From positions 56,606,001-56,670,000 of the forward strand of contig OX597827.1 in assembly GCA_951406725.2 (NCBI GenBank): 64,000 nucleotides of DNA. The letters run 5' to 3'. The notes under the pieces are model-generated. The model was not told where the DNA came from. It did no database searches and saw nothing but the letters and a program-made list of their open reading frames with translations. Both the position numbers and the translations under genes were made by a program. Every line of letters begins with the position of its first letter. Within the stretch, counting starts at the first letter, position 1. This stretch comes from Octopus vulgaris. Taxonomy: Eukaryota. Below, piece by piece: positions 25,630 through 38,480 of the stretch.

Positions 25630-26205
25630 ATTATTTTGACAGCATCTTAACCAATTGCCTGTCCTGTGTATTATATGTAACACACAGCACATATTTCCAT
25701 GATATCCATTGCATCACCCTCCATCAGGCATTTGCCATATTCTGAACGCCTTACTTCCCTGGGCATGGATACGTTGAAACTCTGACGTCTGGCAGCTGAC
25801 TTGGCAGACACCCATAAAATTATTAACCATCTTACTAACAATACCTCTGAGCACCTTTTCAAACTCCACCTGTCTAACACCCGTGGACATGTTTACAAAG
25901 TCAGAAAACAGCACAGCTCCCATGACTTTCGGAAACATTTATTCACGCTAGGAGTTGCTGAAGTATGGAACAAACTGCCGGCATCAGTTGTTAATTGTTG
26001 GAGCACTGCATCTTTCAAAACTTCCATGCTTTCTGAGATTCGCCAACACTACACCTGATTTTCTCCCCTCCATACACACGCAAGCAGGTATCTGACTCCT
26101 ATACTGTTCCCTTTTCAGACATTTGTACATTACTGCATATGCTTTATACGCACTTTTGACAAGTTGTGGTGCACCTGAGCACTATATACAATAATTTAAT
26201 TATTA
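25630..26205 (+). mobile_element. CR1/L2-clade LINE 3' end
   Basis: LPYSERLTSLGMDTLKL*RLAADLADTHKII...SNTRGHVYKV...RKHLFTLGVAEVWNKLPASVV...ASFKT, the canonical CR1 C-terminus; (ATT)n tail. Confidence 0.85.
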
Positions 26206-29129
26206 TTATCACATATAATACATATTCGCAAATTTTTTAACCACCAGAATAACCTGGGACTTATGAATGGAAAGCTTTATATTACTCAAAATGTATGACA
26301 CAAGGGTTAACTCAAAGTCTGAAAACAAGAATGAACATTTAGGACAAATTTATGAAAATGATTTGTACAGGCAAAGGGTTAAATTATATTTATTCTGTAT
26401 GTATTGTTGAAAATTTATAAAATGTCCAATACAATTGAAGCAGTGAGAAGTTTTTATCCCTGCTTTTTATTTTCAAGTGTCTTAAAAAATCTGCTTGAAG
26501 CAAAAGGAGGGAGACAGCTTATTATCACAACCAATGGCTGAAGGCAGGAAGAAACAGCTTTAAATACTTTTGTTTATACAGTGAGCCACTGGTGGAAGCA
26601 CAGATAAGACTTAGCTTGGCTAATTCAGCTTGGACAACGTTTGAAGATGAATGAAAAAGAAAATAAATAATGCCATAAAATGCAAAGTGAAAAAAAAATG
26701 TGTTGTCCATACTCCTAAATACTGAATGTAGAGAGTAAAAAAGCTGTAAGTAGATTCTCAGAGTTTTGTAAGACAACATCAAATCAATGACTATATTCAG
26801 CAGCTAACCACAAGAAGGGCATCTGGCAACAGTTAAGCTTGATTCAATATGGACATGTCATATATAAGATGACTTCTTACTATATATTTCTTCTTTTGAA
26901 TAGAGACAAAATAGAAATTTTGTATTAACAAAATAGCATTTTTGAATAGATAGGAGACAAAGGACGGACATTCATGCCATTAGTAGTAAAAAGATGATCC
27001 CAGCTATGGAACTATAACTATGGTACAGACGGTTCACTGGGAACTTTGCTGTACAACAAAATCCACCTAAATGAAGAGCTGGAAGGTAATGCAGGCAAAA
27101 TTTCAATGTTTGATTGTGAGGAACCATATTTTGGATACTCCTAAAGCAGTGATTCTCAAACTTATAAAGACATTAAAATCAGTATTCAGGGATCTACATA
27201 TAGAAGATACTGAGATCAAACAAAGGCTTGGTTTGGTAACCCCTTACTCAGACTAAATTCTTTCAGGAGTCCTACAACTCACAAGTTTGGCACTTAACTT
27301 GGCTGCCATGGAATTTAAGTAACTGAGATTACAACACTCCCCCACTCAGTCTGATTGGGATGCCAGTCCATTGCAGGGTTAACGTTCCATTTATTGTTGG
27401 AACTCATTCGCGGCTGAGTGGACTGGAGCAACGTGAAATGAAGTGTTTTGTTCAAGAACACAATGTGCTACCTGATCTCAGAATCGAAACCATGATCTGA
27501 CACTAATGAGTGCAACACCCCAACCACTAGGGACCAGCTTTCACAGACCTGATGCTCTTCACAGAGGATCAATGAAAATAATAAAATAAGGTCTGCTGGT
27601 TAAACATCCGGTATAATAAACTTGATGTTAGGTCATAAATTGTTGATCCTTTCTTTTGTTTTTAAAACAGGTATTTTTTGATATTGGTATATAAAATGTC
27701 CAACAATAAAATGAAAGGATAATAAAATTTCATTTTGTTGCTGATTGTGTTTCCTTTTTCCCACTGGCCATTAACCCATTGTCTTCATTTGGTATATCAC
27801 TGCACACAAAGCCCACAAGATTATGATGTGGAAGCTAAATATCAAGTGATGCATGGGACTTCTAACAAACAACCAGTTTCTGAACATATCTACAAGAGTT
27901 CTACTTTTAGATATGGCATACAAAAATAAAGCATTTGCAGTATTGATCTTTTATAGTGATTAGACACTACTACTTTATGTCAGCCTTTTCTTCCAGTTTC
28001 CAGAATTTAACATAAAAATTGTACAAAAAAAAAAAGAAAAGAAAAAGAACACTGCATTTAGACAAAAATATTCTACAAAAAAAAAAAAGAAGAAAGATTT
28101 AGTATTTGTTTTCATTCTATATACTCATATCAAAAGATCATCAAAATCAGTTCAGCCTTTACTATGAGCAAAAAATGTTCAAGCCATGACCATCCCATCT
28201 ATAATATCTATTATGTTCTTCCTCTTTTTTTTTTGTAGACTACAGGATGTGATTCAAGATAGATTTGGTTGCTATTTTTAGTAGATTGATTGACCATATA
28301 TAAACTATTTGGCTGATTCAATTTGGTTTTTCTTTTTTTGAATAGAAACGAAATGGTAATTATGTATTAACAGAATAACATTTTTGAATAGACAGGAGAC
28401 AAAGGGTGGGCGTTCATGCCATTAGCAGTAAAAAGATGATTCTAGTTATAGAACTATGTTATAGACACAGTTCACTGGGAACTTAGCTGCACAACAAAAC
28501 CCACCTAAATAAAGAGCTGAAAGGCAAGGAAGGCAAAATTTTAATGTTTGACTGTTAGGAATGATATTTTGGATACCCTAAAGCAATGATTCTCAAACTG
28601 ATAAATGTCCACCCCACAAATGTTAACGACTATTTTTGACAGTTCTCTCTTCATTAGCTCTTCTACTATAGTATTTCTGTTGGTGTACACTGGCTGTGTG
28701 TTTTAATTAATTTTGCGCAGGAGTGGCTGTGTGGTAAGTAGCTTGTTTACCAACCACATGGTCCCAGGTTCAGTCTCACTGCGTGGCACCTTGGGCAAGT
28801 GTCTTCTACTATAGCCTCGGGCCGACCAAAGCCTTGTGAGTAGATGTGGTAGGCGGAAACTGAAAGAAGCCCGTTGTATATATATATATATATATATATA
28901 TATGCATGTGTATGTATATGTTTGTGTGTCTGTGTTTGTCACCCCCAACATCGTTTGACAACTGATGCTGGTGTGTTTACATCCCCGTAACTTAGCGGTT
29001 CGGCGAAAGAGACCGATAGAATAAGTACTGGGCTTACAAAGAATAAGTCCTGGGGTCGATTTGCTCGACTAAAGGCAGTGCTCAAGCATGACCACAGTCA
29101 ACTGACTGAAACAAGTAAAATAGAGTAAG

Positions 29130-29710
29130 GAGTATAATGAAGACTTTAGCAAAATAACTTTGTCATTATTAAGCTGGTATTTGGAACATAAATCAACACA
29201 AAGTTTGAATGGAAGGTTTTTGTTACCATGTTTCTGCTGAAAAACAGTTTCAATTTGTTTTGAAAAATAATGAAGAATTTTGTAAAATATATTTGTTATT
29301 ACTAAGCTGATGCTTGGGATATAAATTAAAGTGAAATTTTGATGGATGGTTTTAACCCTTTTGTTATCATGTTTCAGTTAAAATACACCGTTTCGATTTA
29401 TTTTCAAAAATAATGAAGAATTTAACAAAATAACTGTCATTATTAAACTGGTTTGGAACATAAATTAACATGAAATTTCAATGGAAGATTTCAACTCTTT
29501 TGTTATGTTTTTGCTGAAATCAATCTCAATTTATTTTGAAAATAATGAAAAATTGAGTGAAATATATTTATCGTTATTAATCTGACGTTTGGGACATAAA
29601 TAAACATGATGTTTTGATGGATGATTTTAATTTAAATCACAACAAAACAAAGTATTTGTATCACAGATCTACAAGTAGTCTTAGGTGAACTGGACTCAAA
29701 AGAGTTGATT
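29130..29710. repeat. piggyBac-like MITE derivative with ~4 internal ~120-bp tandem units
   Basis: Unit AATAATGAAGAATTT..AAATAACTTTGTCATTATTAAGCTGG..TTTGGAACATAAATTAA..AAATTTTGATGGAAGGTTTT; related to 36577-37025 and the TTAA-bounded element 45249-45470. Confidence 0.65.
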
Positions 29711-31206
29711 TGGATAATTTTAAAACAAGAATTTCATATCATAGAATCAGGGGTGGTCTTAGGTGGGTTAATCAAGATAAAATAGACTTGGCATCTGTAT
29801 AATTCATCATCATCATCATCATCGTTTAACGTCCGCTTTCAAATTCTTCTTTAAAATTTCTAAAACCATTTTAATTATATTTAAAGTATAGCAATCTATC
29901 TGCCTATTTTTCAATCTCTCGAGGCTTGTTACAATTGAAAAGCAAGTGGAAAACATTAAATCTGGCTTTCCACTGACTGATTCCAACCCTTTCCAGAACC
30001 CTGAAAAAAAGAAAACCAAACCAAAACAAAACAAAAAAATAAAAATAAAAAAAATAAAAAGCAAATAAACAAAATATAACAAAAAAGACAAGAAACTAAT
30101 TAAATATAAAAAAGCAACTGTATTTTTAGGTGTCTGTCTTTGAGAAACCTCTCAGACAATCTTTTTACATTTTCAGAAAATATTAAATAGAGAAAAAAAA
30201 GAAGGAAAATGAAGTTTTTTTTCAAAATATTAAAATAGACATTTTTACCAAAATATTTTAATTCTGATATACAGCTTACACAAGAAATAAAGTGAATATT
30301 GTTGGAAATATGAAAATAGTTAATACTGAAAATCCTTGTGTGTATGTATGAGAACACATAGATTTAACGGTGCCACATTCCCAGTAATAATGTCTGTTAA
30401 TTCCACCATCCATTCAGGCCATCATTTTAACTAAAGTTAGGACCCATAAAATAAGTTTTACATTATACTTTCTCTTCAAATATAAATTCTGAGTGAGACG
30501 TCAACCAACACAATCTGCCTTTGAATGTGTGCAAATGTGTGAATATCATATATATATATATATATATATGTATTTAAAATGAGGGTGAGAAATTTGATAT
30601 TAATTTAATTAACATCAATTTCACACCAGTGGTCTAGCATATAAAAAAACTGAAGGTTCAGTAAAATTGTATTATATACATATGAGAGTGATAACCACTA
30701 TGTGAACACCCTTAAGCTAGAAGTAGATCTGCTATGGTCTTACCACTAAGAAATGTTCTCAAGAAAAATTTAGCAAACAACCAAAACGTAATCGAGCAAG
30801 ACAAAAGAAAAGCGATAAAATATGGATTATTCACATACATTTTTCACACTGAAGATCTACGGACATTTTACATAGGTAAAATTACGTAATATAGTAATAG
30901 TGAAACATGTAGATGAATAATCCATATTTTATTGCTTTTCAAGTGATTTGATCAAGGATCATGTATGTGTGGATTGAAACTAAAATGATGGCAGTCAGAA
31001 AGCACATATTAGCCATTAAAAAACAAACAATAAATGTTTAAGTGAAGTCAACAGTCATTGTATGTGTTACTGAATGGCTAACGAGCATCTTTCACACTAC
31101 AGTCATTTATATATATATTATCTAAAGCAATATGATTTGGCTCCATGTGACTCAAAGTTTTGCAGGCTTTTAACAGAAATTCATTTCTTTCAGACTTAGA
31201 TTATTG

Positions 31207-31257
<51 letters not shown>

Positions 31258-31259
<2 letters not shown>

Positions 31260-31457
31260 TAAGTAATTAAGGGTTTAGCACGATTTGCCTCACCACACAC
31301 CGAATTTAGAAATAGCAGTCAAAGAGTTATGGCTATTCTTTCTACTTAAAAGAATACTCCCTTTTAAGTAGAAAGAATAGCCATAACACTTTGACTGCTA
31401 TTTCTAAATTCAGTGTGTGGTGAGGCAAATCGTTGCAAAAACCCTTAATTACTTAGT
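31258..31457. repeat. Fold-back, ~95-bp arms, 8-nt spacer, in (TA)n
   Basis: ACTAAGTAATTAAGGGTTT...CTACTTAAAAG aatactcc CTTTTAAGTAG...AAACCCTTAATTACTTAGT. Confidence 0.95.
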
Positions 31458-31530
31458 ATTACTTAAACCTTCCTTGAATGGGGCTTTTACATGCCGAAAT
31501 CTACTTGGTGAAATTAATTTCACCCTATAT

Positions 31531-31564
<34 letters not shown>

Positions 31565-31834
31565 TAGAAAAAAACACCTTTTATCAATTCAATAATGAAA
31601 AATTAAATTATACCATCTATTATAGAAGGATTAAATATAAGATAAAACATATAATGATGATTAAGTAATGAGCAAAGTAATAAATAAAACGTAGATATTT
31701 TATTTATTACTTTGCACATTACTTAATCATCATTATATGTTTTATCTTATATTTAATCTTTCTATTATATGTAATTTTCTAGATGGTATATTAATTTTTC
31801 ATTATTGAATTGATAAAAGGTGTTTTTTTTTCTA
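31565..31834. repeat. Fold-back, ~125-bp arms, 8-nt spacer, in (TA)n
   Basis: TAGAAAAAAACACCTTTTATCAATTCAATAATG...AATAAATAAAA cgtagata TTTTATTTATT...CATTATTGAATTGATAAAAGGTGTTTTTTTTCTA. Confidence 0.95.
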
Positions 31835-31857
31835 TATATATATATATATATATATAT

Positions 31858-32113
31858 TGATAAAACGGTAAGATAACAAAAGAAAGAAAGAGACCTCAAT
31901 ATTATGTAAATAGAGGAAATTTATCTATACAATATGTTACATTACTCGGTAGTCAAGATAAAACTCTGAGTTTCAGATGCCGAAGTGGAAATCCACAACA
32001 CCATCCACAAATAGCCAGATAACCGAAGAGATGGTGTTGTGGATTTCCACTTCGGCATCTGAAACTCAGAGTTTTATCTTGACTACCGAGTAATGTAACA
32101 TATTGTATAGATA
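31858..32113. mobile_element. Fold-back Penelope-like element, perfect 84-bp arms, hammerhead-like motif at 32017-32079
   Basis: Arms 31922-32005 / 32030-32113 are exact reverse complements; AGATAA-CCGAAGA-GATG...CATC-T-GAAACTCAGAGTT-TTATCT. Confidence 0.75.
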
Positions 32114-33584
32114 TATATATATATATATATCTCATATTTTGTGAAATTTGATTTAGTATTTCTAAACTGAATTTTTCCCTGTAAGTTTGGAATAACATTC
32201 CCTCATATTATTATTATAATTATTATATATATATATATATAAGATGGTAAAGCCATTTATGCATCATACATAAAGAAAGTTGCATTGTTGAAAGTTAATT
32301 CATAATCTCTAGTGGATGTGATGTGCTTAAAAATACAATAAAAATTGGAGGGAGACAAATACCATCCCAGCAGTGACTAGCAAAAGTACCACACACATTT
32401 TGGGCTCATTAGGCCTTATCAATGGCATGTACTCACTGTGCACGTCTCCAATGACAAGGCCTGACAAGGCTGATATGCATCTGGTGTTCTGAATAGCTAC
32501 CGCTGGGATAATTTTTAGCTTCCTTTGGTATATATTGTGCTTTCAAACAAACCACATCTATAAGAGATGTTATTTCTGGACAAATACCTCAGTAAATTGC
32601 CTTTCAATGATGTATCTACAGTAAGCATAATACATAGAAGGCTATTCTAATTTAATACTGCGGCAGTAGCACATAATGGATTATATAATATATATTTATA
32701 TAATATATACATACACATATATATCTTTCTATATATTTATCTATATATTTATATAATATATATATATATATATATGTAAAATTTATATTACATAATCTGT
32801 ATTCTATACATTATATATATAGAATATATAAGTGAATAATAAGTGCAAGCATAAACTGCAATGAATGAATGAGAAAGGAGTGCTCAATACATGTTGTAGA
32901 GTATATGTTTCATTGAAACTGAGTATTTATCTTGCATTTTGAGTTTCTTGCCATTAGATTGTGGTTGAATGAAATAAAAATTCATTTTCAGAAAACTGTA
33001 TGTGTGTGTGTGTGTGTGTAAAAGCGCATAATCAGCTCATTAGGGTGTTGCACACACAATCTTGCAATTGTGGTTTCAATTCCCCTCATTACACCATTTT
33101 ACCCTATCTGGTGCTTCAAACATGCATTCATATGATCTCTGGCGAATGTCATTTCTAGTAAGAAATTCCTTACATGTCTATCTAACAGGTAAATCTTTGT
33201 AAATCCTATTAGCAAATGAAACACGTATAATGGAGAATAAATAATACTAAAAAAATTCTCACTTTCCTGTTTTGTTAAAATATATGTCTGGCTCCATTCA
33301 TAATTGAACAGCTATAAATCTTTGTGTACCCTTGACTAATCAAAATTACAAAAATACACCTTACTGCTGTTAATTGATCAAGGTATGGCTGTGTGGTTGT
33401 GAAAATTGCTTCCCAACTATGTGGTCTTGGTTTCAATTCTCTTGTATGGTACCTTGGACAAGTGTCTTCTACAATCACCATGGGCCAACTGAAGCCTTGT
33501 GATTCAATTTGGTAGGTGGAAACAGGTAGAAGCCTGTTGTGTGTGTATATATCAATCGATTATATATATATATATATATAAAAT

Positions 33585-33785
33585 ATCATTTGATAGATAC
33601 AATACATGTTTTTATATTCTACTAATAATATCATATGCTGAGAAATAGCCTAAACATATTCATCAGGCACAAACCACATATCATAATGAACTAAAAAGTT
33701 GTCTGTGCCTGATGAATATGCTTGAGGTATTCCTCAACATATGATACTATTTGTAGCACATAAAAACAAATATTGTGTCTATCGA
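33585..33785. mobile_element. Diverged fold-back with hammerhead motif in both arms
   Basis: 33704-33760: TGTGC-CTGATGA-ATATG...CATAT-GATAC-TATTT-GTA-GCACA; mirror copy TCATCAGGCACA at 33660-33671. Confidence 0.65.
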
Positions 33786-35165
33786 GTAATATTTATCTCT
33801 CACCAGATGGAGTACTTATTTTGTTGATATTACCATAATGGATCTTTGTAAGCCTAGTACTTATTTTATTGGTCTCTTTTGCCGAACGACTAAGTTACGA
33901 GGATGTAAACACATCAACATTGGTTGTCAAGCAATGGTGGGGGGACAAACACAGACATAAAGACACACACACACAGACACACACACACACATAAACATAT
34001 ATATATATCTATATACAATGGGTTTCTTTTAGTTTCTGTCTACCAATCCACTCACAAGGCTTTGGTTGGCCTGAGACTATAGTAGAAGGCACTTGCCCAA
34101 GGTGCCACACAGTGGGACTGAGCCCTGAATGATGTAGTTGGGAAGCAATCTCCTTACCAAACAGCCATGCTTGCCCACCTGTATATAAATATATATATAT
34201 ATATATAATCTTAGAATTGTAACTGTCTCGTTAATAACCAGTCTGATCATAGTACATTACATGGAAGTTATAAATCATTGCAACATTGAGTGCTTCTAAT
34301 AAAACTGCTTGAGAAAGCAGCTTATCAGCCCTACCTTTATTCCCCATTCCACCCTCATCCATCTATTAAGAGAGAGAGACAGACAGACAGAAAGAGAGAG
34401 AGAGAGAGTTTTTGTGTTATGTATGAGTGGTACATGTACATGTGTTTGACAAGTGCAACTAGAACAGTCTGATATAGATTATTTTGTTGATGATTGCAGA
34501 TAATATGAAATATTGCACAGGCCAATGAGTGTTTCGAGATGAGAAAAAATATTGCATGTATAAAAGTAATGGGTAAATTTATTTGATTGCAATCAGAATC
34601 AGTCTACTTGAGACTTGAATAACACAAATGTAAACTCTCAATTGTGTATTGGCACATCTGTGTTCTTGTTTACACTTCTCATCTGTACACATATTGCATT
34701 TCGTATCTCCTCTAAGTAACTGAGCCAACGAAGGAGCTCCTATTTGGTCACTTGTTCTGCTTGAAAAAGCAGCCAAATCTCCCTCAAATCACATCTTCTA
34801 TCTTATATGAAGGACAAAACATATCAGATAATATTCTATATATTCTTACAAGATGGGATGGTCACAAGTGATCTACTGATCAGGGTTGACTTGGGCTAAA
34901 CGATATTTCTATGTAAAAACAGAATTAATTATTACATCTATCATACCCCTATGTGAATATGTATGAAAAGTTGTTTGATAGGGTTAATTGAATTCATAAA
35001 ACTGTAAACAAAGATGATTTGAAATATTTACTAGGAGTCAAAAGTTTAGTGAAACTATTTTAGCAATAGTCTTTACTTAAAATAAAAATACATATATATA
35101 TATATAAATATACATATATATGTATATAAAAAATTTTTTCTTGATCCATTGTCTCTGAAACTGAT

Positions 35166-35269
35166 TTATTCAGAGTAGCCATGCGAGTCGGATGGATCCA
35201 AGTCATACTCATCCTGCACATCAAGTATAGTTATACCTTCCTTCAATATTGGAGTACCTTTTCCTGGAC
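35166..35269 (-). CDS. ADISSP: C20orf27/ADISSP homologue, last coding exon
   Basis: ttggcag|GT CCA GGA AAA GGT ACT CCA ATA TTG...; GPGKGTPILKEGITILDVQDEYDLDPSDSHGYSE* resembles the C20orf27 C-terminus (GTPMLLDGV...DSEHSDWHGF). Confidence 0.9.
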
Positions 35270-38200
35270 CTGCCAATGTTGAAATTAAAAAAAGAAAAAA
35301 GAATAAAGAAAATGAGTAACATAAAAAATTAAAAAAAACTCACAAAAGTAAAACAGCAATTCATTATAGATTAACAAAGGAAGTAAAATAATGATTTCCA
35401 AATTTTGGTACAAGGCTAGTAATTTTGGGGGATGGGGTAAGTCCATTATATCGACCCCTTCCCCCCAATGCTCAACTGGTACTTATTTTATTGATCCTAA
35501 AAGGATAAAAGGTAAAGCTGACCATGGCAGAATTTGAACACAGAACATAAAGACGTAGGAGTGGCTGTGTGGGTAAGTAGCTTGCTTACCAACCACATGG
35601 TTCCAAGTTCAGTCCCACTGAGTGGCACCTTGGGCAAGTGTCTTCTACTATAGCCTCAGGCTGACCAAAGCCTTGTGAGTGGATTTGGCAGACAGAAACT
35701 GAAAGAAGACCGTCATATATATGTATATTTGTGTGTGTGTGTGTGTGTGTGTGTGTTTGTGTTTGTCTCCCCAACATCGCTTGACAATCGATGCTGGTGT
35801 CTTTACATCCCTGTAACTTAGTGGTTTGGCAAAAGAGACCGATAGAATAATTACTGGGCTTACAAAGAATAAGTTCTGGGGTCGATTTGCTTGACTAAAG
35901 GTGGTGCTCCAGCATGGCCACAGTCAAATGACTGAAACAAGTAAAAGAGTAAAAGAAAAGAGTACATGAAATGCCGCTAAGCATTTTGGGATAATGATTC
36001 TGCCAGTTCACTGCCTTGGCAATATTGAATAATCAAAGTAAAATAAATTATGAAATCATCAAAAGGATGAAAAGTAAAGTCGACCTTGGTGGAATTTGAA
36101 CTCAGAACATAAAGACAGACAGAATGCTGCTAAGCATTTTGCCTGGCATGCTAACAATCCTGCCAGCTTGCTACCTTTAACCCTTTAGTGTTTAAACTGG
36201 CGATGTCTAGCTTCTCACACCTAACCTACAATGCCATTCTAAAAATAAGTAATCACATCATTGAAACCTCAAAGTTGTAAGATGATCCAGGATTAATTCA
36301 AAACAATTTGAGTGAAAAAGTATTACATTTAACAGAGTAATCTGAACACTAAAGGGTTAAAGAAAATAAAATAAGAGCAGTTATGAGCAAGCTGCAGCCC
36401 ACAGGACTTTCTGAATGGCATGTCTAATGGAAAATTACCTTGATTTTTTTTTAGCCTGCCTGATGATAAGCCACAGCTCATGCAGCCTGCTTCTTGAAAA
36501 AGGTTGCTCAAGCCTGAATAAGAGTCTAACATTCGATAGTGTCATTTGTTTCATTGAGATTTTCCATCCAAATCTATTTAACCTCTTTGTTACCAAATTT
36601 CTATTGAAACACATTACTTTTGTTTCATTTAATTTTGAAAATAATGAAGAATTTAGTAAAAAAAAAAAAATCACCTTTTCATTACAAAGTTGGTGTTTTG
36701 GCACATGGAAGGTTTTAATTTTAATCATTTAATAAAGAATGTAATAACAAAATCACCTTGTCATAATTAAGCTGGTGTTTTGGCATAGTTTTGATGGGCA
36801 GTTTTAATTTTAATCATTTAATGAAGGATTTGATAAAAAAAAAATCACCTTGTCATAATTAAGCTGGTGTTTTGGTATAGTTTTGATGGGAGGTTCTAAT
36901 TTTAATCACTTAATGAAGAATTTAATGAAAAAAAAAAAATCACCTTGTCATTACTAAGTTGGTGTTTTGGAACAAACTAACCTGTAGTTTTGATGGGAGG
37001 TTTTAATTTTAATCATTTAATGAAGAGTTTAAATAGTGGGACTGAGCCTGAAACCATGTAGTAGAAAATATTAGAATTTTCATGTAATAAACCTGTACTT
37101 TAACCCTTGGTGTTTTTACTCTCAAGCAGATTTCTTTCTTAGTTTTTTTCCTAAGTTTTTAGGTAAGAGTTACAGCTGGCAGAGATGATAGGTATCCAAC
37201 CACCAAGCCAATAAGCTGGTGTTTTCAAATATTTTCACTGACACTGCACTGTATCTCTGTTGAGGACATTTTACTCACAACTGCCTAGTCTACTAGATCC
37301 TTTCCTTCAAAAATATCACATTCAAAAAAAAAAAAAAAAAAGAAAAAAAAGGAATAAAATTGCTGACCCATGTTAAAGAGAATAAACCATCATCATCAGT
37401 TAACATCCGTTTTCCATGCTGGCATGGGTTGGATGGTTTGACTAGCTGCAAGACCACAGTGAGTTCCAATGTCAACCACTCTACAGTGGCATACTGGGTG
37501 CTTTTCTAGTGCTACTGACACTAGTGAGGCCATTAAGTAACTTAGATGACAGGAAAAAGAGCAGGAAAATGCCTCCTTGGCTGAGTGGGGGGAGGGGTAT
37601 TTTAGAAGAGGAGGTGGCTGTATGTCAGGTGTTGAGAGGCAGAAGCACAAGCACAGCTGTCTTGCTATGCAGGAAATATGAGGGTGTACTGTAAGGGTAT
37701 CATGAAAGGCCTGGTTGGAGGGCCCAATATTCCAAGTTCTTTCACAGGGCTTAGAAAAACTGAAGGACCACTACAATAAGTGTGTGAATCTGAGAGGGGA
37801 ATATGTTGAATAAAATCATAATTAACTGATCCTCCTGTATTTTCTTTTACCCAAAGCCAGGAACTTTTTAGTACCCTTTCATACATGTCCATCCCACATT
37901 ATATAAGGGTGGGAATAGTAAAGAAAAAGATAAAGATGGTCATGATGGGAGGTACCAACTCTCAAGGTATAAAAGATGAGCATAAGAGAGAATACAATGG
38001 ACTAGGGGAAGAGGGAGAGTAAAAAGGATTCAATACATAGGTGCAGGTGAGACTGTGTGGTATGAAGTTTCCTTCTCAACCACATGGGTTCAGGTTCAGT
38101 CTCACTCTGTGGCACCTTGGGCAAGTGCCTTCTAATATAGCCCCTGTCAACTAAAACCTTGTGAGTGGCTTGGTAAATGGAAACTGAAAGAAGCCTATCA

Positions 38201-38480
38201 TGTGAATGTGTGCGTTTGTCCTCAACAATCACTTAACAACTAGTGTTGGTGTGTTTACATCCCTGGAACTTAGCAGTTTAGCAAAAGATACTGATGAAAT
38301 AAATACCAGGTTTCAAAAACCAAAAATAAAATGTACTGGGTTTGATTCATTTGACTAAAAATTCTTCAAGGTGGTGCCCCAGCATGGCCATAATCAAATG
38401 ACTGAAACAAGTAAAAGATAAAAGATATAATATACAGATATTGTAACAACTGAACAAACTGAACAAAACTACAAACTCAC

